A DNA stretch of 64,000 nucleotides from Azolla caroliniana (Eukaryota; Plantae; Polypodiophyta): NCBI GenBank assembly GCA_043228905.1, contig JBHGNT010000006.1, positions 3,038,001 to 3,102,000 of the forward strand. Direction: 5' to 3'. Both the position numbers and the translations under genes were made by a program. The first letter of the stretch is position 1. Every line of letters begins with the position of its first letter. Below are positions 10,462-22,204 of the stretch, in pieces. Under the pieces are notes generated by a model that worked only from the letters and a program-made list of their open reading frames with translations, searched no databases and was not told where the DNA came from.

Positions 10462-13400
10462 CTTAGTGGGGAGCCTTGGAAAAAAATCTTAAGCCAGAGA
10501 ATGGCTAAAGTTATGCCTTCTACCGGTGGCAATTGGAAAGATAGTATTAGATGGTGGTTTTTAAGAGATTTTAACCATTCCATTGATATTTTTCACCAAG
10601 ATAAGTTTTTTCGGGGTATCATGAAGGCATGGTGGGATTTGAAACATAACTTAGTTCAATCTCTACCATCATGTCAGGAGGAATGGTTGTGTCAACCCCT
10701 CATATTGAATCCACTATTTACATAAGAAGAGGGGGTAATGTTAGGGAAGAGAACTAGGTTGAACTGGGCTGACTTTGATAAAGGTGAAGCTAAGTAAGTT
10801 TGGAATTGGTTGACCTTTTCTTCTTTAGCGATGGAAAACAAAACCCATGTTTGTAGTACAATTTGGGGAGGGAACATTATGGATGGAGTCTTTACAATAT
10901 CTTCCTTTCAGCCTTCTCAAACTAGTTTGTTTTGGTATGGTATGTTTTCAGCCCTACATGTCTTATTGGGGTTAGGGGTTATAAAAACGCTCATGAATGC
11001 CTTTACTTCGATGTTTTGCCTTCTAGACGACTTCATTCTCTCTTTGTGGAAGATGAAATTGTAACTCAAGGGAATAGATTCCTATTCGTATATTGTGGAA
11101 GAAAGATAAAAAATGGATATTGAACCCACATCCAAATGATGTAAACAATCTCTCTAATTTATGGGTCTATGAGAATAAGCCCATTGATCGCCATTTGTGG
11201 GATCCTGGTGAGTGGAAATGGCAAATCAGATCAGCGCAAGGAATTCTAGGTAAGCAAATCCCATTTTTTGAATATTCGGTCAAAATGGGTAGAGAAATGC
11301 TAAGGAGAGGTGTGACTATTACACCAGTAGCTTGTAAATTCTGGAGATTTGGTAATGTAACAGATTCTTGGATGAATGCGTATTGGAAATGGTTATGGGC
11401 CATGCAAATTCCTAAAAACGTTGTATTATTTAGATGGTTGTTGACACATTATGGCATTCCTGTGAAGTCATGGATGCGGGGACACTGCCAGGATTTAAAA
11501 TGTGATAATAATAATTCTCCCATTGAATCAGTTTACCATGTTTTACGGATATGTCCTATTGCTAGAGCAATTTGAAAAAGAATGTTGAGAATGTTGTATC
11601 CTATTTATGGTAGGCAGGTGTACACATGGGGTTTTGTGAGATGGGGAAGATTACCTAAAGAAATTCAGAACTATGAAAAGGAGTTTGGTGATTTTCTTCT
11701 CCTCTCCGATGGAGGACATGTATTGGAGGTCTCTGATACTACAACAATTCGTGATATGGTCTGGTCTACGATATCTTCTCTAGTAGTTTGGGTATTGTGG
11801 AAGGCTAGATGTAAATGTGTATTTCAGAAAATTAAACAGAATGCAGTTGAGTTAGTCAAAGAGGTATGGTTAATGCTCTTACACACTTTAAGAGGTCAAT
11901 ATGATGCAATAGCGGGTGAGCATGAGGTTGTGATTCATAAACAACAATAGTTTCATGAAATTTGGCAAAACGCTGAGGTCTTCACCTCTTTTGCAGAAAG
12001 AATAAAGTGGAGATATGCTCCACCAAGATGGCTTTTTCCACCCCCCCGTCTTGGAACAACCCTACATGAGGGCTTTTGATACTTGACATGTTGGTTGATG
12101 TGGATATGAGGGTTGTAATATATTGTATGAATTCGTTGTAGCCTTTCAGCATCTTTCCATTAATACCAAGGTGAACCTTCTTTTTTTTTTAAAGGAAAAA
12201 GAAAAAGGAAAAAAAGAAAAAGAACAAGACCATTTAAAACTCTATTACACAAAGATCGCTTCATTCCATGCAAGCAACTTTGTTTCATGCCAGATGTCCA
12301 TTCCATAAAGCTTTATTTCACAAAGACTCTTACATCAAAGCAGTCCAATCCCACAAAGGTATCTCCATTTTTTGACTCTTGGTTGGAGAAGGCCACACTA
12401 CAGTTGGTCTCTTGTTTATAAGCCAAATAACCAACATTAAGGCCAAATCACTTTGGTCCAATCCCCTCACATAGCCACTGGAAGGGTGAGGTGCATCCAA
12501 TCAAATAGCATGGGGACGTCAAATGACTATGGCCATATCAATCCGCTTCTTTTCTTTTCTTGTTGGGAGAGAGATACTAAAATTGTATGGAAACAAAAGG
12601 TAATACCTATAAACTCTTATATATTTCAAGTGTGAAAGTGGCAATGTTAATTTAGTTAAATGAAGGAGGAAATATAATAGAGAAAATAGAAACCTTTTAC
12701 AATGGTTCTTTCTTATTCTAACAAAGTTCGAAGAGCTAAACCTAAGGCCTCTCTCTCTATCTCTCTTCGGCTTTCATTACGAAAGAAAAAACACCACCAC
12801 GATTAACTTACTATGAAGTATAGAACCCTTATAGGGAGCTAAATACTACTACGACTCTAAACTCAATGCCACCCTACACACTAATTCAAATGGAGAATAT
12901 GATGATATGTGACCTTGCAAAGCTCTCTCTCTTCATGGTTCAGATTTCGTGACTTCTCTAGCACTGTCAATTGCTACAAAAGAAGTCATTTTAATTTTAT
13001 AACATATTTTCTCACCCCAACTTGCAAATCAAAAGTGAAGGCATTCTGCATATTCCAATTGAACCATAACCCCCAATACCTCAAGAACTCAAAAATAATT
13101 TGGAAATGAGGCATTGGTTCATTTTTCTCCATATGTACAAAAACCCAACCGAAGAAGGATAGATTTACTCCAGTTAGAGACATTCACACTAAATTGATAC
13201 ACCTCCAAACCATCATTGCCATTGGGCATGAAAGAAATGTTAGGAACCAACCAACCACAATTGGTTACGCGTTCGTATTCGAGTGCAGAAAACAAGAGAG
13301 CTAGTACACAGATAGAAAACATGAAGACAGGAAAAACAAGTACAGAGAGACACCGGATGTTTAACATGGAAACCTGGATAGGGAAAACCACATGGAGTCC

Positions 13401-13739
13401 ACAAACTCCAAACAGATCACTATGGTAGGGAAGAAGTACAATGAGGAACTTGGAGGCAACGACCTCGAGTTCTTCTTCATTTGACAGACGGCTATAGAGT
13501 TGCACTCTCACTCTTCCTCTCACAATCACAGAGGTAACTACCTCCACTAACTCTATAACAACTAATGATCAACATACATCTATAAAGTTTGCCCTAGTTG
13601 TTTTTTTACCAAAACAACTTTCAGGTTATTTACAAGTATAGTCATCTGAATCGATTTTGGTTCATAAATTTCGATCTCAATCTCGGCCTACCGGCCTCGG
13701 CCGAGTTACTCACCAACTTGGTTCTTCTCTTCCCATCCG

Positions 13740-14191
13740 AAGGAACTTGTTTCCCAACAAGAAATCAATGCCTAGTATGTTCCAATTCCATTGAACAAAA
13801 CAAACACAATCCTTTAGTAATGTTTTTTTTTTAATGCATCCCCCAATGGTGAAGCTCCAACCATAACTCTCTAAATAAATACTTTAGCTCACAACATCAA
13901 TCAATAACACCAACCTGCCTTGACCACATGAAACCACCAAGTAATGGGCTTACGAAAACCCCATATCTTTATAACCCTTTCTTCCAACCACTTACGTTTG
14001 TTAATCAACTTGTGATAAGCAAAATTTGTAGAGATCATACTCAATCTCTTATTTCCAACAAACCTCCAATCAAGCTTTGGATATCCCCCATCTAAATCAA
14101 GAATTGGCTCATACGAAGATAGTATTTCTTGCAACTTATTCCAAATAAAGGTATAACCTTTTGGAATACGAAATGTTGATCTCAATCTCAA
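13740..14191 (-). mobile_element. Degraded LINE fragment (zf-RVT region)
   Basis: Trp-rich ORF 13901-14191 (AYHKLINKRKWLEERVIKIWG...WW) followed by a CLFC...EHTRH-like motif. More decayed minus-strand LINE-like sequence lies at about 12240-13250. Confidence 0.5.
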
Positions 14192-15365
14192 TCTCTCTCT
14201 CTCTCTCTCTCTCTCACCATAATTAGCTTACCTTAGTGATAAGTTGTTACACTATTAGCACTATGTCTTGGGTTCGAAACCCAATCTCTCACCTCTCTAT
14301 TACTTCATATCTCTCTCTTAATTTACCAAATGCCACTACGGTGTCGTGAAGAATTTCGTCCAGAGGTGGAAACCGGGAAACATTGGCTACATCGGTGGGG
14401 TGCAGCAGGTGTGTTCACCCTTGTACATTTAGCGTGAATAATGAGGGCGCCTTTATGGCGCCGAAGAGTAGTTAAGTCGGGATTTATCCCACACTGTAAC
14501 GCATCCCTCTCCTTGTTCTATAAAAGGAAGGGAGCACCCATTGTGAAAGGGGTTGCCCATTTTGGCGTTAGAGGGTATATCGTTAGATTTAGGGTTAGTT
14601 ACGCTTCTTCTTCTTCTTCTTCTTCCCCCGTCGTGTTTTGCTTAGGGTTTGCTTTGGCTCGGCCTCCTGTGCAAGACCCCGCTTGACGCTGTCGTGAAGA
14701 AAACCGCCCACAAGAGGAATCGGAGGAACAAGGCGTGGGAAACGGCTCTACACACGCGCGCGCCAAGAAGTACATACGAGGATCCTAGGTGGGTAGATTC
14801 GGTTGATATGCAGTTAATGCCAAACGGCCTCTTGACGGGATATAAAAGGGAAGAGGAAGAATAGAAGAGGGGATCTCGGACGGAGAGAGGACGAAGTGCT
14901 GCCGAACCGATTTCGGAGCTCCTCTCTCACTCCTGCTTTCTCTGTCTTCTGCTCCATCGCGTACCTGTGCAGGTTTCGAGGAGGCTTGCGCTGCTCCGTG
15001 GAACGCCCGAGTGCGTCCTGCAGCACCTCCGACCTGTTTCCCCTTTCTGTGCGTCGCGACATACAGGGGTCGGCATCTGTTCGCCGCCCTGTTCGTTTTC
15101 GTTAGTATCCATTCCGTGCCCCACCGTGGGTTGTAATACTTTAGTCTGTTATTTTCTTGCATTCATAAGTACATATCTTTCGTTGTTGCGTCCATCTGCG
15201 TCGGCGTTTATTTGTGATCTCTGTTTGTTGGGCCGTGTCCCCGTGCAATCTTCGGTTCTGTGTGATCGGGTCTCTCTATTACTCCGCTCTCTCTTGCTCT
15301 TCGGTCCAAGACCCCCGTGGTCCCTCCTCCTTTCTGCACGCACGGGCGTAGCAACCCCGACATCT

Positions 15366-15383
15366 TGGTGAACCCGACGTGAA
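15366..15383 (+). promoter_or_regulatory. Primer-binding site complementary to the tRNA-Trp 3' end
   Basis: TGGTGAACCCGACGTGAA is the reverse complement of TTCACGTCGGGTTCACCA, which I recall as the 3' end of plant cytosolic tRNA-Trp(CCA). Identical at 22172-22189 and 36256-36273. Confidence 0.85.
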
Positions 15384-15405
15384 AGAGGCGGCAGAAGAGC
15401 AGGAA

Positions 15406-17532
15406 ATGAGGGGGTCGGATCTCGCAGAGGCCATGGCTTCGGCCGTGGATCGGATTGTAAACGCGCGCGAGAGCACCGGTGCCCTCGACAGAGCTATTGA
15501 GGCGGTCGTCGGCACGATCGGCCGGTTCGATGGGAAGGATGCCACGAAGTATTTGGCGTCCTACGGTGCAGAGATGCTGATGCGGGACATTCCGGAAGAA
15601 AGGCGTCTTGCCGGATTTCCCCGAGTAGCGATGCCGAGCATCCACGCGGAGGTGCTCGAGGTGCGGACGGAGAGCCGTACCTGGGAGGAGTTCGAAGGTC
15701 GGCTCCTAGAGAAATACGGGCTGGACGACGCGCTCCGGCTTTCGAAGCGAAGGTTCATGGAATGGGTGGAGTCCCCGGGGAAGGGAAGAAACGCGTCGGC
15801 GCTCCTCCGGGAGTTCGAGGAAAACTTTGCGCGCCTCTCAGCGCTCGACCGAACCATCCTGGACACGAGCCGGGTCTTGCTGTTTGTCAAGTCGGTCGAC
15901 GAGCGGGATCGGGAGCAAGTGGGCTTCTTGCTGGAAACCGAAGACGGGCTCACTACCGACTGGGCGGCTGTCAGGAAGGTCTGTGGCCGTTTCGACAAAC
16001 GGCGAGAATGGGCGGATAACGGGGCGACCGGGTCGGGCTCGGTCGCAGCAAGGAAGCTCGAACCAGCGCCACAGGTGCGCGAGGAAGAGACCCGGGAGTG
16101 GTTGGAAACCGGTTCGGCTTCGACCGGCGTAGTCAGAGGCTCAACCGGAGGAGCGGCGCTGGAGGAATTGACGAAGGCGATAAAGGACCTCCAAATCGCG
16201 CAGGCCCGAAGGGAAGGAGGCGAACCGGCTCGTGACCGACGGCCGGTGGCAGGAAACAGGTGCATGTGGTGCGATGAAGTCGGCCACATTCGGAAGGACT
16301 GCGGCGACTTCGCGGAGGCGCTGAGGAACAGGGTGGTGTACCTGTGGGAAGGACGGGTGCATGCCAGCGACACCCGAAGGGCCCTGAGCCGAAACGACGG
16401 AAAAGGCGGTATGAAAAGGGTGATGGAAGAGGCGGCGGCCCGACACGCGGAAACCGTCCACTACTCGGCGTCAGCCGGCATTCGAGTCGGGGGCGGCGAG
16501 GCCCGGGGGGGAAGCAAAGCCGGATTCTGGCCGACGATGCTGGAAGGCCTTGCCGGTGCGGGGCTTAAAAGGGAGGAATCGGACCGTGCGGAGAAACGGG
16601 TACGGGAGATGACCGGGTGGAGCGACCCGGTCGAGGAAAAGACGGGCTTCGTGGAAGCCGCTTGCAGGAACTACGAGGCTCTGGTAGAAGAGAAGCGGGT
16701 GGGGAAACCCGGGACGACCGGGCCCTCACAACGATACGAGACCCGGTCCGGGCCAAGACGGGACGAAGCCGGCGGGGCCGGTACGCGAGATAAACCCCAG
16801 AAGGGCGGGTACCGTCTGGGGACGGAGATAGAAAGAACCACGGACTTACGAAAGGTCCTGGAGGAACGGATCCTCGACAGCAAGGTGGAGCTGTCGTTAC
16901 GAGAGGTGCTGGGAATCGCCAAGAAGGAGTTCCACGACTCCATCGTGGACTTGGTGAAACGGAAGAGGCTGTCGACGGAGACAGAACCGGAAAGACCGGT
17001 GGAAGTGCGGACGACGCACCTAGACGACATGGCGCTGGGAGACGAGTGGGCGGAAAGCCACTATTCGAGACCACATTGGGCCCGAGCGACCACGGAAACC
17101 CCGGTGAAGATCGGCGATGTCCAGGAACCGGTGGTAGCTTTAGTAGACCACGGATCGGAGATCAATTTGATGTCCATGGACTTCTATAAGAAGGGCAAAT
17201 GGCCGATCAACACCAAGCACGGGTGGAAAATAAGGGCAGCAACGCGCGCCACCGAGGAACTGCACGGGTCCTGTCCGAATGTGCGAGTCAAGATCGGCGA
17301 CGTCGAGATTGACCAGCACTTCTTCGTGCAGGAGACGTCTTCGCATCCGGTCATTCTAGGAGAGCCGTACATCACGGCGGCGCGAATGGAGACCAAGGTG
17401 CTGGACAATGGTTCGGCCTATGCGCGGGTCAAGAGCCAGGACGGGCGCCATTCGGTCCAGTTTTTGACGGTTAGGCCGAACCACGAGCGTAACCGCGACT
17501 CCCTCGGTTCCGATAACCGAGAGGATTTTTAG
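15406..17532 (+). CDS. gag: Gag-protease polyprotein of element A
   Basis: Open ORF (ORF track starts at GTG 15379; first ATG is 15406). CCHC knuckle CMWCDEVGHIRKDC. Aspartic-protease-like ALVDHGSEINLM...VILGEPY. Confidence 0.92.
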   Translation: MRGSDLAEAMASAVDRIVNARESTGALDRAIEAVVGTIGRFDGKDATKYLASYGAEMLMRDIPEERRLAGFPRVAMPSIHAEVLEVRTESRTWEEFEGRLLEKYGLDDALRLSKRRFMEWVESPGKGRNASALLREFEENFARLSALDRTILDTSRVLLFVKSVDERDREQVGFLLETEDGLTTDWAAVRKVCGRFDKRREWADNGATGSGSVAARKLEPAPQVREEETREWLETGSASTGVVRGSTGGAALEELTKAIKDLQIAQARREGGEPARDRRPVAGNRCMWCDEVGHIRKDCGDFAEALRNRVVYLWEGRVHASDTRRALSRNDGKGGMKRVMEEAAARHAETVHYSASAGIRVGGGEARGGSKAGFWPTMLEGLAGAGLKREESDRAEKRVREMTGWSDPVEEKTGFVEAACRNYEALVEEKRVGKPGTTGPSQRYETRSGPRRDEAGGAGTRDKPQKGGYRLGTEIERTTDLRKVLEERILDSKVELSLREVLGIAKKEFHDSIVDLVKRKRLSTETEPERPVEVRTTHLDDMALGDEWAESHYSRPHWARATTETPVKIGDVQEPVVALVDHGSEINLMSMDFYKKGKWPINTKHGWKIRAATRATEELHGSCPNVRVKIGDVEIDQHFFVQETSSHPVILGEPYITAARMETKVLDNGSAYARVKSQDGRHSVQFLTVRPNHERNRDSLGSDNREDF

Positions 17533-20500
17533 AGAGGACTGCCAAGGCGTGGGGCCGCGACAGTCCGGGTGCTCCGGGAAAACCCCACATTTGTACGATA
17601 AAACCGTGTACGACAGGTAGGGTATTTTGCTTCTCCGACAGCGGAGCGTGTACGATAGTCGGCATCGGCGGCCGAGAGAAGACAAAGGCGGAGGGGAGAC
17701 TTCGAGCGTGCGGAGTTCTCGGCCCTGACGAGGAAATCAGCGGAGCCGTGGAGGCGGTCTCATTCGACGACACCTTGGGGACGCTGGGAAAGGTGGTCGA
17801 AGAAGGCCTTAACGAAGACCGGACGATACCGGTGTGTTCCGAGGAGATGTACGAAGTCATCGCAGACTTCGGTCGAGGGCTCGAGTCAGTTCGGACGGCC
17901 CACGTAAGCACCAAGTACAAGACTGTGGACCGGAAGGTAAGGCCAGTCGCGGCACCCTTACCGGAGGACAGCGCGTCGAGAATCAAAGGGGTTGCATCGG
18001 ACCCTAGTCTACGAGATCCGGCCTGCATAGGACACACCTTCACCGACGAGACGCTCCGAGAGCTCAAAATCGGTGGGGGCGGGTTCCTACTGCCGGCGGA
18101 GGAAGGCCGGTTTCGGAGAATGCTCGGAAGGCACGGGAAAGCCTTCGCATTCTCGCCGGGGGAAATCGGGTGCGTTGACCCGACGATCGTGGAGCCGATG
18201 GTGATATTCACGGTACCGCATGTACCATGGAATCTCAAGCCGATCCCGGTTCCGAGAGCTCACATCCCGAAGTTGATGGAGCTGCTGAGGCAGAAAGTTG
18301 ATATGGGAATTCTCGAGCCGTCGAGCGCCCCATATTCGAATCGATGGTTTACCGTACCGAAGAAAAACGGTTCGTTGCGCTTCATCCAGGACCTGCAGCC
18401 GGTCAATCGAGTGACCATTCGGAACGCAGGGATCGGACCGACCATAGACGAGTTCGCGGAGGCCTTCGCCGGAAGGTCAATTTACTCGGTCGGGGATCTA
18501 TACTCAGGGTACGACCAGTTCCAGCTAGCCGTGGAGAGCAGAGATATTACGACGATGCGAACTCCCCTCGGCCTAGTTCGGATGTGTACACTGCCGCAGG
18601 GAGGGACCAACTCGGTGGCCCACATGGTGAATGCGATGAACAAGGTTCTGAGGGACTGTATCCCGGACATCACCATGCCGTTTCTGGACGACATTCCGAT
18701 CAAGGGATGCCCGGTGGAAGAAAGGGACGAGACGATCGGGCCGGACGGATGCCGGCGATTCGTGGCGACGCACATCGACGACTGCGAGAAGGTGCTGCAA
18801 AGGCTAGAGGATGCGAGACTCACCTTCTCCGGGGAGAAGTCGGCCTTCGGGCAGTCAGAAATCATGGTGGTCGGACACCTGTGCGGACCATATGGCCGGA
18901 AACCGTCTCCGGCAAAGGTAGAAGCCATCTCAGCGATGAAGCCCGACTGCAGCTCGGTCACGGAAGTACGGAGATTCCTGGGGGCATGCGCGTTCTACCA
19001 CATATGGATCCCGCATTACGCCCACGTCGCGGAGCCACTGTACGGGTTGCTGAAAAAGGGGCAAAGGTTCGAATGGCTAAACGAGCACGCGGAATCGGTC
19101 CGGAAGCTGAAAGAGGCCCTTGCAGCGGCACCGGCACTCCGGAAGGCGGTATACGGGAAGGGTACCCCGGTATTCATAACGGTGGATACCAGTCCGACCG
19201 GGATCGGATGGGTCGTGAACCAGGAAGACGAGGACGGCAATCGGTTTCCGATCCGATTCGGCGCGAAAGTCCTCAGTGAACGGCAGCGAGGATACGCCCA
19301 GGTTAAACGCGAACTCTGGGGTATTGTTTCGGCGGTTAAGGCCGACAAAGATTACCTGATAGGGACAGAAGTGATCATCGAGACGGATTGCCTGCCGATT
19401 CTCGGTATGGTTTCCGGATGCGCGACTCCGGACCTGGCGATGCTCAGGTGGATAGCGTACATCAAGTCCCTGGACCCGGAAATACGACACATTTCCGGGA
19501 AAGACAACGCCATGGCCGACATGCTTTCGAGGGCGAGGTTCGACGACGAGGGCGGCATGGTTTCGGAAGACGAAGAAGTCGGCGTGGATTTCTTCGAGGC
19601 GGCGTACATAACGACCGACGGAATGAGCACTCCGGCGCTTAACGAGTTTGACGCGAGCAAGTACGACGGGGAGTGGCTGCAGATCGGCGGGTTTTTGAAG
19701 GCAATGACGCCCGATGCGTCATGGACGAAGGACGAGGCCAACCGGATCCGGAAGAAAGCATACCGATTCTTTCTCCGAGATGGGCATTTGTGGAAGCACC
19801 CGAAGAAGAGGAACGGCGTCCCGCTCCGGGTGGTGGCGATGAAGGAAGAACAGGAGGAGCTACTGGCGGCCCACCACGACAGCCCTTGGGCTGGACACCG
19901 TGGAACGTGGGCGACATTTGAGAAGCTGAAGGGGAAGTACTGGTGGCCGGGATTGTACCGGGACGTGCATCGGTTCGTGTCAACTTGCGAGAGTTGTCAG
20001 ATGCACTCGATAGTCCGACACCGGGACGGGCTTCGCCCTACGTACCCTTCGGCTATCCACTTCAAATGGATGGTAGATCTGGTGACGATGCCGATGGGGG
20101 TAGGACAGATGCGGTATCTGGTCCTAGCGCGGGAAGACCTGACGAACCAGGTGGAAGGCCGAGCCCTTCAGAACAAGACGACCGCGGCCGTGTGTCGGTT
20201 CCTAATCGAGGACGTGATATGCCGGTACGGGTGCGTCGGGAAGATCGTGGCTGACCGAGGGGAGTTGGACGCCGAAGAAGCCGCGGAGCTGTTCGGCCGG
20301 CTGGGGGTCAAGCTCTCGCTCACCACTGCGTACAATCCGGAGGCGAATGGAAAGGTGGAGCGCGGACACGGACCGATCGTCAAGGCGTTGGTTCGGGCAT
20401 GCGGAGGCCGAATCGGTGACTGGCCGCGGCTCCTACCTTATGCTTTGTGGGCAGACCGGACCACGCACAGTTCGGTAACCAGGTACATGCCGACAGAGCT

Positions 20501-21011
20501 CATGTTCGGCCAGAAGCCGATCATGCCGATTGAACGGACGATCTCCTCATGGGCAACGGTCGACTGGAGGGACGAGATGAGCCGGGAGGAGTTGTTGGCC
20601 GCGCGTATACGACAGCTCGAGCAGAGACCGGAGGACGTGGCACTGGCTACGGAGAAGCTCCGGGTGGCGAGGACAAAGAACAAAGCCCGGTTCGACCGAA
20701 CGCACCGGCTACGACCGAAGAAAATCGACGAAGGTGACTGGGTGCTCGTCTACGACAGCAGCCTCGACAACCAGCACCGAGCAACGCGGAAGTTCGCACA
20801 GAGATGGTTCGGGCCGTACACGGTACAGAGCGCCAACGACAACGGGACGTATCATCTGGCGGAACTCGACGGTACGAGAATAGCGATACCCGTGGCCGGG
20901 AAGAGGATCAAAGCTTTCAAGAAGCGGCACGACGACGAACCCGACCCGATTCTTCTGGACAGCAGCGACGACCGATCCGAGGCCGAGGAAGGGCCGGCAG
21001 GCGAAGAGTAA
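17523..21011 (+). CDS. pol: Pol (RT-RNase H-integrase) of element A, in the -1 frame relative to gag
   Basis: RT motifs DLYSGYDQ, LPQGGTNS, FLDD. RNase H motifs TVDTS, ETDC, MADMLSR. Integrase HHCC (HDSPWAGHRG..CESC), D-D-E and GPY. The frame is open from the slippery site at 17523. Confidence 0.93.
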   Translation, partial: GFLERTAKAWGRDSPGAPGKPHICTIKPCTTGRVFCFSDSGACTIVGIGGREKTKAEGRLRACGVLGPDEEISGAVEAVSFDDTLGTLGKVVEEGLNEDRTIPVCSEEMYEVIADFGRGLESVRTAHVSTKYKTVDRKVRPVAAPLPEDSASRIKGVASDPSLRDPACIGHTFTDETLRELKIGGGGFLLPAEEGRFRRMLGRHGKAFAFSPGEIGCVDPTIVEPMVIFTVPHVPWNLKPIPVPRAHIPKLMELLRQKVDMGILEPSSAPYSNRWFTVPKKNGSLRFIQDLQPVNRVTIRNAGIGPTIDEFAEAFAGRSIYSVGDLYSGYDQFQLAVESRDITTMRTPLGLVRMCTLPQGGTNSVAHMVNAMNKVLRDCIPDITMPFLDDIPIKGCPVEERDETIGPDGCRRFVATHIDDCEKVLQRLEDARLTFSGEKSAFGQSEIMVVGHLCGPYGRKPSPAKVEAISAMKPDCSSVTEVRRFLGACAFYHIWIPHYAHVAEPLYGLLKKGQRFEWLNEHAESVRKLKEALAAAPALRKAVYGKGTPVFITVDTSPTGIGWVVNQEDEDGNRFPIRFGAKVLSERQRGYAQVKRELWGIVSAVKADKDYLIGTEVIIETDCLPILGMVSGCATPDLAMLRWIAYIKSLDPEIRHISGKDNAMADMLSRARFDDEGGMVSEDEEVGVDFFEAAYITTDGMSTPALNEFDASKYDGEWLQIGGFLKAMTPDASWTKDEANRIRKKAYRFFLRDGHLWKHPKKRNGVPLRVVAMKEEQEELLAAHHDSPWAGHRGTWATFEKLKGKYWWPGLYRDVHRFVSTCESCQMHSIVRHRDGLRPTYPSAIHFKWMVDLVTMPMGVGQMRYLVLAREDLTNQVEGRALQNKTTAAVCRFLIEDVICRYGCVGKIVADRGELDAEEAAELFGRLGVKLSLTTAYNPEANGKVERGHGPIVKALVRACGGRIGDWPRLLPYALWADRTTHSSVTRYMPTELMFGQKPIMPIERTISSWATVDWRDEMSREELLAARIRQLEQRPEDVALATEKLRVARTKNKARFDRTHRLRPKKIDEGDWVLVYDSSLDNQHRATRKFAQRWFGPYTVQSANDNGTYHLAELDGTRIAIPVAGKRIKAFKKRHDDEPDPILLDSSDDRSEAEEGPAGEE

Positions 21012-22204
21012 AGACGGGCCGGTTTTCTCCGTGCCAACTTAATTTGGCGCATGCCGGTGGATGCGCGGTTAGGTGGGGGCGGATGTCGTGAAGAAAACCG
21101 CCCACAAGAGGAATCGGAGGAACAAGGCGTGGGAAACGGCTCTACACACGCGCGCGCCAAGAAGTACATACGAGGATCCTAGGTGGGTAGATTCGGTTGA
21201 TATGCAGTTAATGCCAAACGGCCTCTTGACGGGATATAAAAGGGAAGAGGAAGAATAGAAGAGGGGATCTCGGACGGAGAGAGGACGAAGTGCTGCCGAA
21301 CCGATTTCGGAGCTCCTCTCTCACTCCTGCTTTCTCTGTCTTCTGCTCCATCGCGTACCTGTGCAGGTTTCGAGGAGGCTTGCGCTGCTCCGTGGAACGC
21401 CCGAGTGCGTCCTGCAGCACCTCCGACCTGTTTCCCCTTTCTGTGCGTCGCGACATACAGGGGTCGGCATCTGTTCGCCGCCCTGTTCGTTTTCGTTAGT
21501 ATCCATTCCGTGCCCCACCGTGGGTTGTAATACTTTAGTCTGTTATTTTCTTGCATTCATAAGTACATATCTTTCGTTGTTGCGTCCATCTGCGTCGGCG
21601 TTTATTTGTGATCTCTGTTTGTTGGGCCGTGTCCCCGTGCAATCTTCGGTTCTGTGTGATCGGGTCTCTCTATTACTCCGCTCTCTCTTGCTCTTCGGTC
21701 CAAGACCCCCGTGGTCCCTCCTCCTTTCTGCACGCACGGGCGTAGCAACCCCGACAACGCGACGAGCCGAGAGCTCCCCGACGGCGGCTTGACAGCAGAC
21801 GACTGCTGAAACCTACCTTGGTCCGGCTCGAAGCCGGGAATGTATTCTTCCTTTATATATATATACATTTGCGTCTGTCTGTGTATATTCGCGTCCTTGT
21901 TAGTGTCGGGTGTTTCCCCTTTCCTGCGTTTCCTGTACATAAGGGCGTGAGTCAGGTCGGCATGTGTGTGTGTGTGTGTGCGTGTGTGTGCTTGAGTCGG
22001 TGTTAAGCGCGCGCTCCCTCTCTTTCCCTCTCTCCCTTCGGTCGCTTCCGGTGTTCTTCTGGGATTCCCCGGAAACGGTGAAGCACGACTTCCTACGGTC
22101 CGTCACTCCCTAGTCCAAGACCCCCGTGGTCCCACCTTTCTCCACGCACGTGCGTAATAACGCGACATCTTTGGTGAACCCGACGTGAAAGGCGGCAAGG
22201 GAGG

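Larger units (their letters stand above)
6755..12219 (+). mobile_element. 5'-truncated, degraded L1-type LINE (LINE-X) hosting nested insertions
   Basis: RT C-terminal half (VVDCQFANDTTLYL; RYLGCQV; KLSLAERVVVANQVL; GGLGLI), zf-RVT region and C-terminal WRYAPPRWLFP. A-rich tail. Flanked by a 17-bp direct repeat AAGAACAAGACCATTTA at 6738-6754 and 12220-12236. Confidence 0.85.
14690..21756 (+). mobile_element. Intact Ty3/gypsy LTR retrotransposon (element A); non-chromovirus, probably Phygy/Selgy-like
   Basis: 673-bp LTRs at 14690-15362 and 21084-21756 with no difference seen. TSD ACGC, PBS 15366-15383, PPT 21071-21083. Domain order gag-PR, then RT-RH-INT. Lineage assignment is inference. Confidence 0.97.

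Noticed and set aside
15561-16373. 270-aa antisense ORF in gag (also 36451-37263) and other overlapping ORFs in A, B and C
   Set aside because: These are shadows of GC-rich coding sequence. Recurrence reflects A/B near-identity, and no domain motifs are present.
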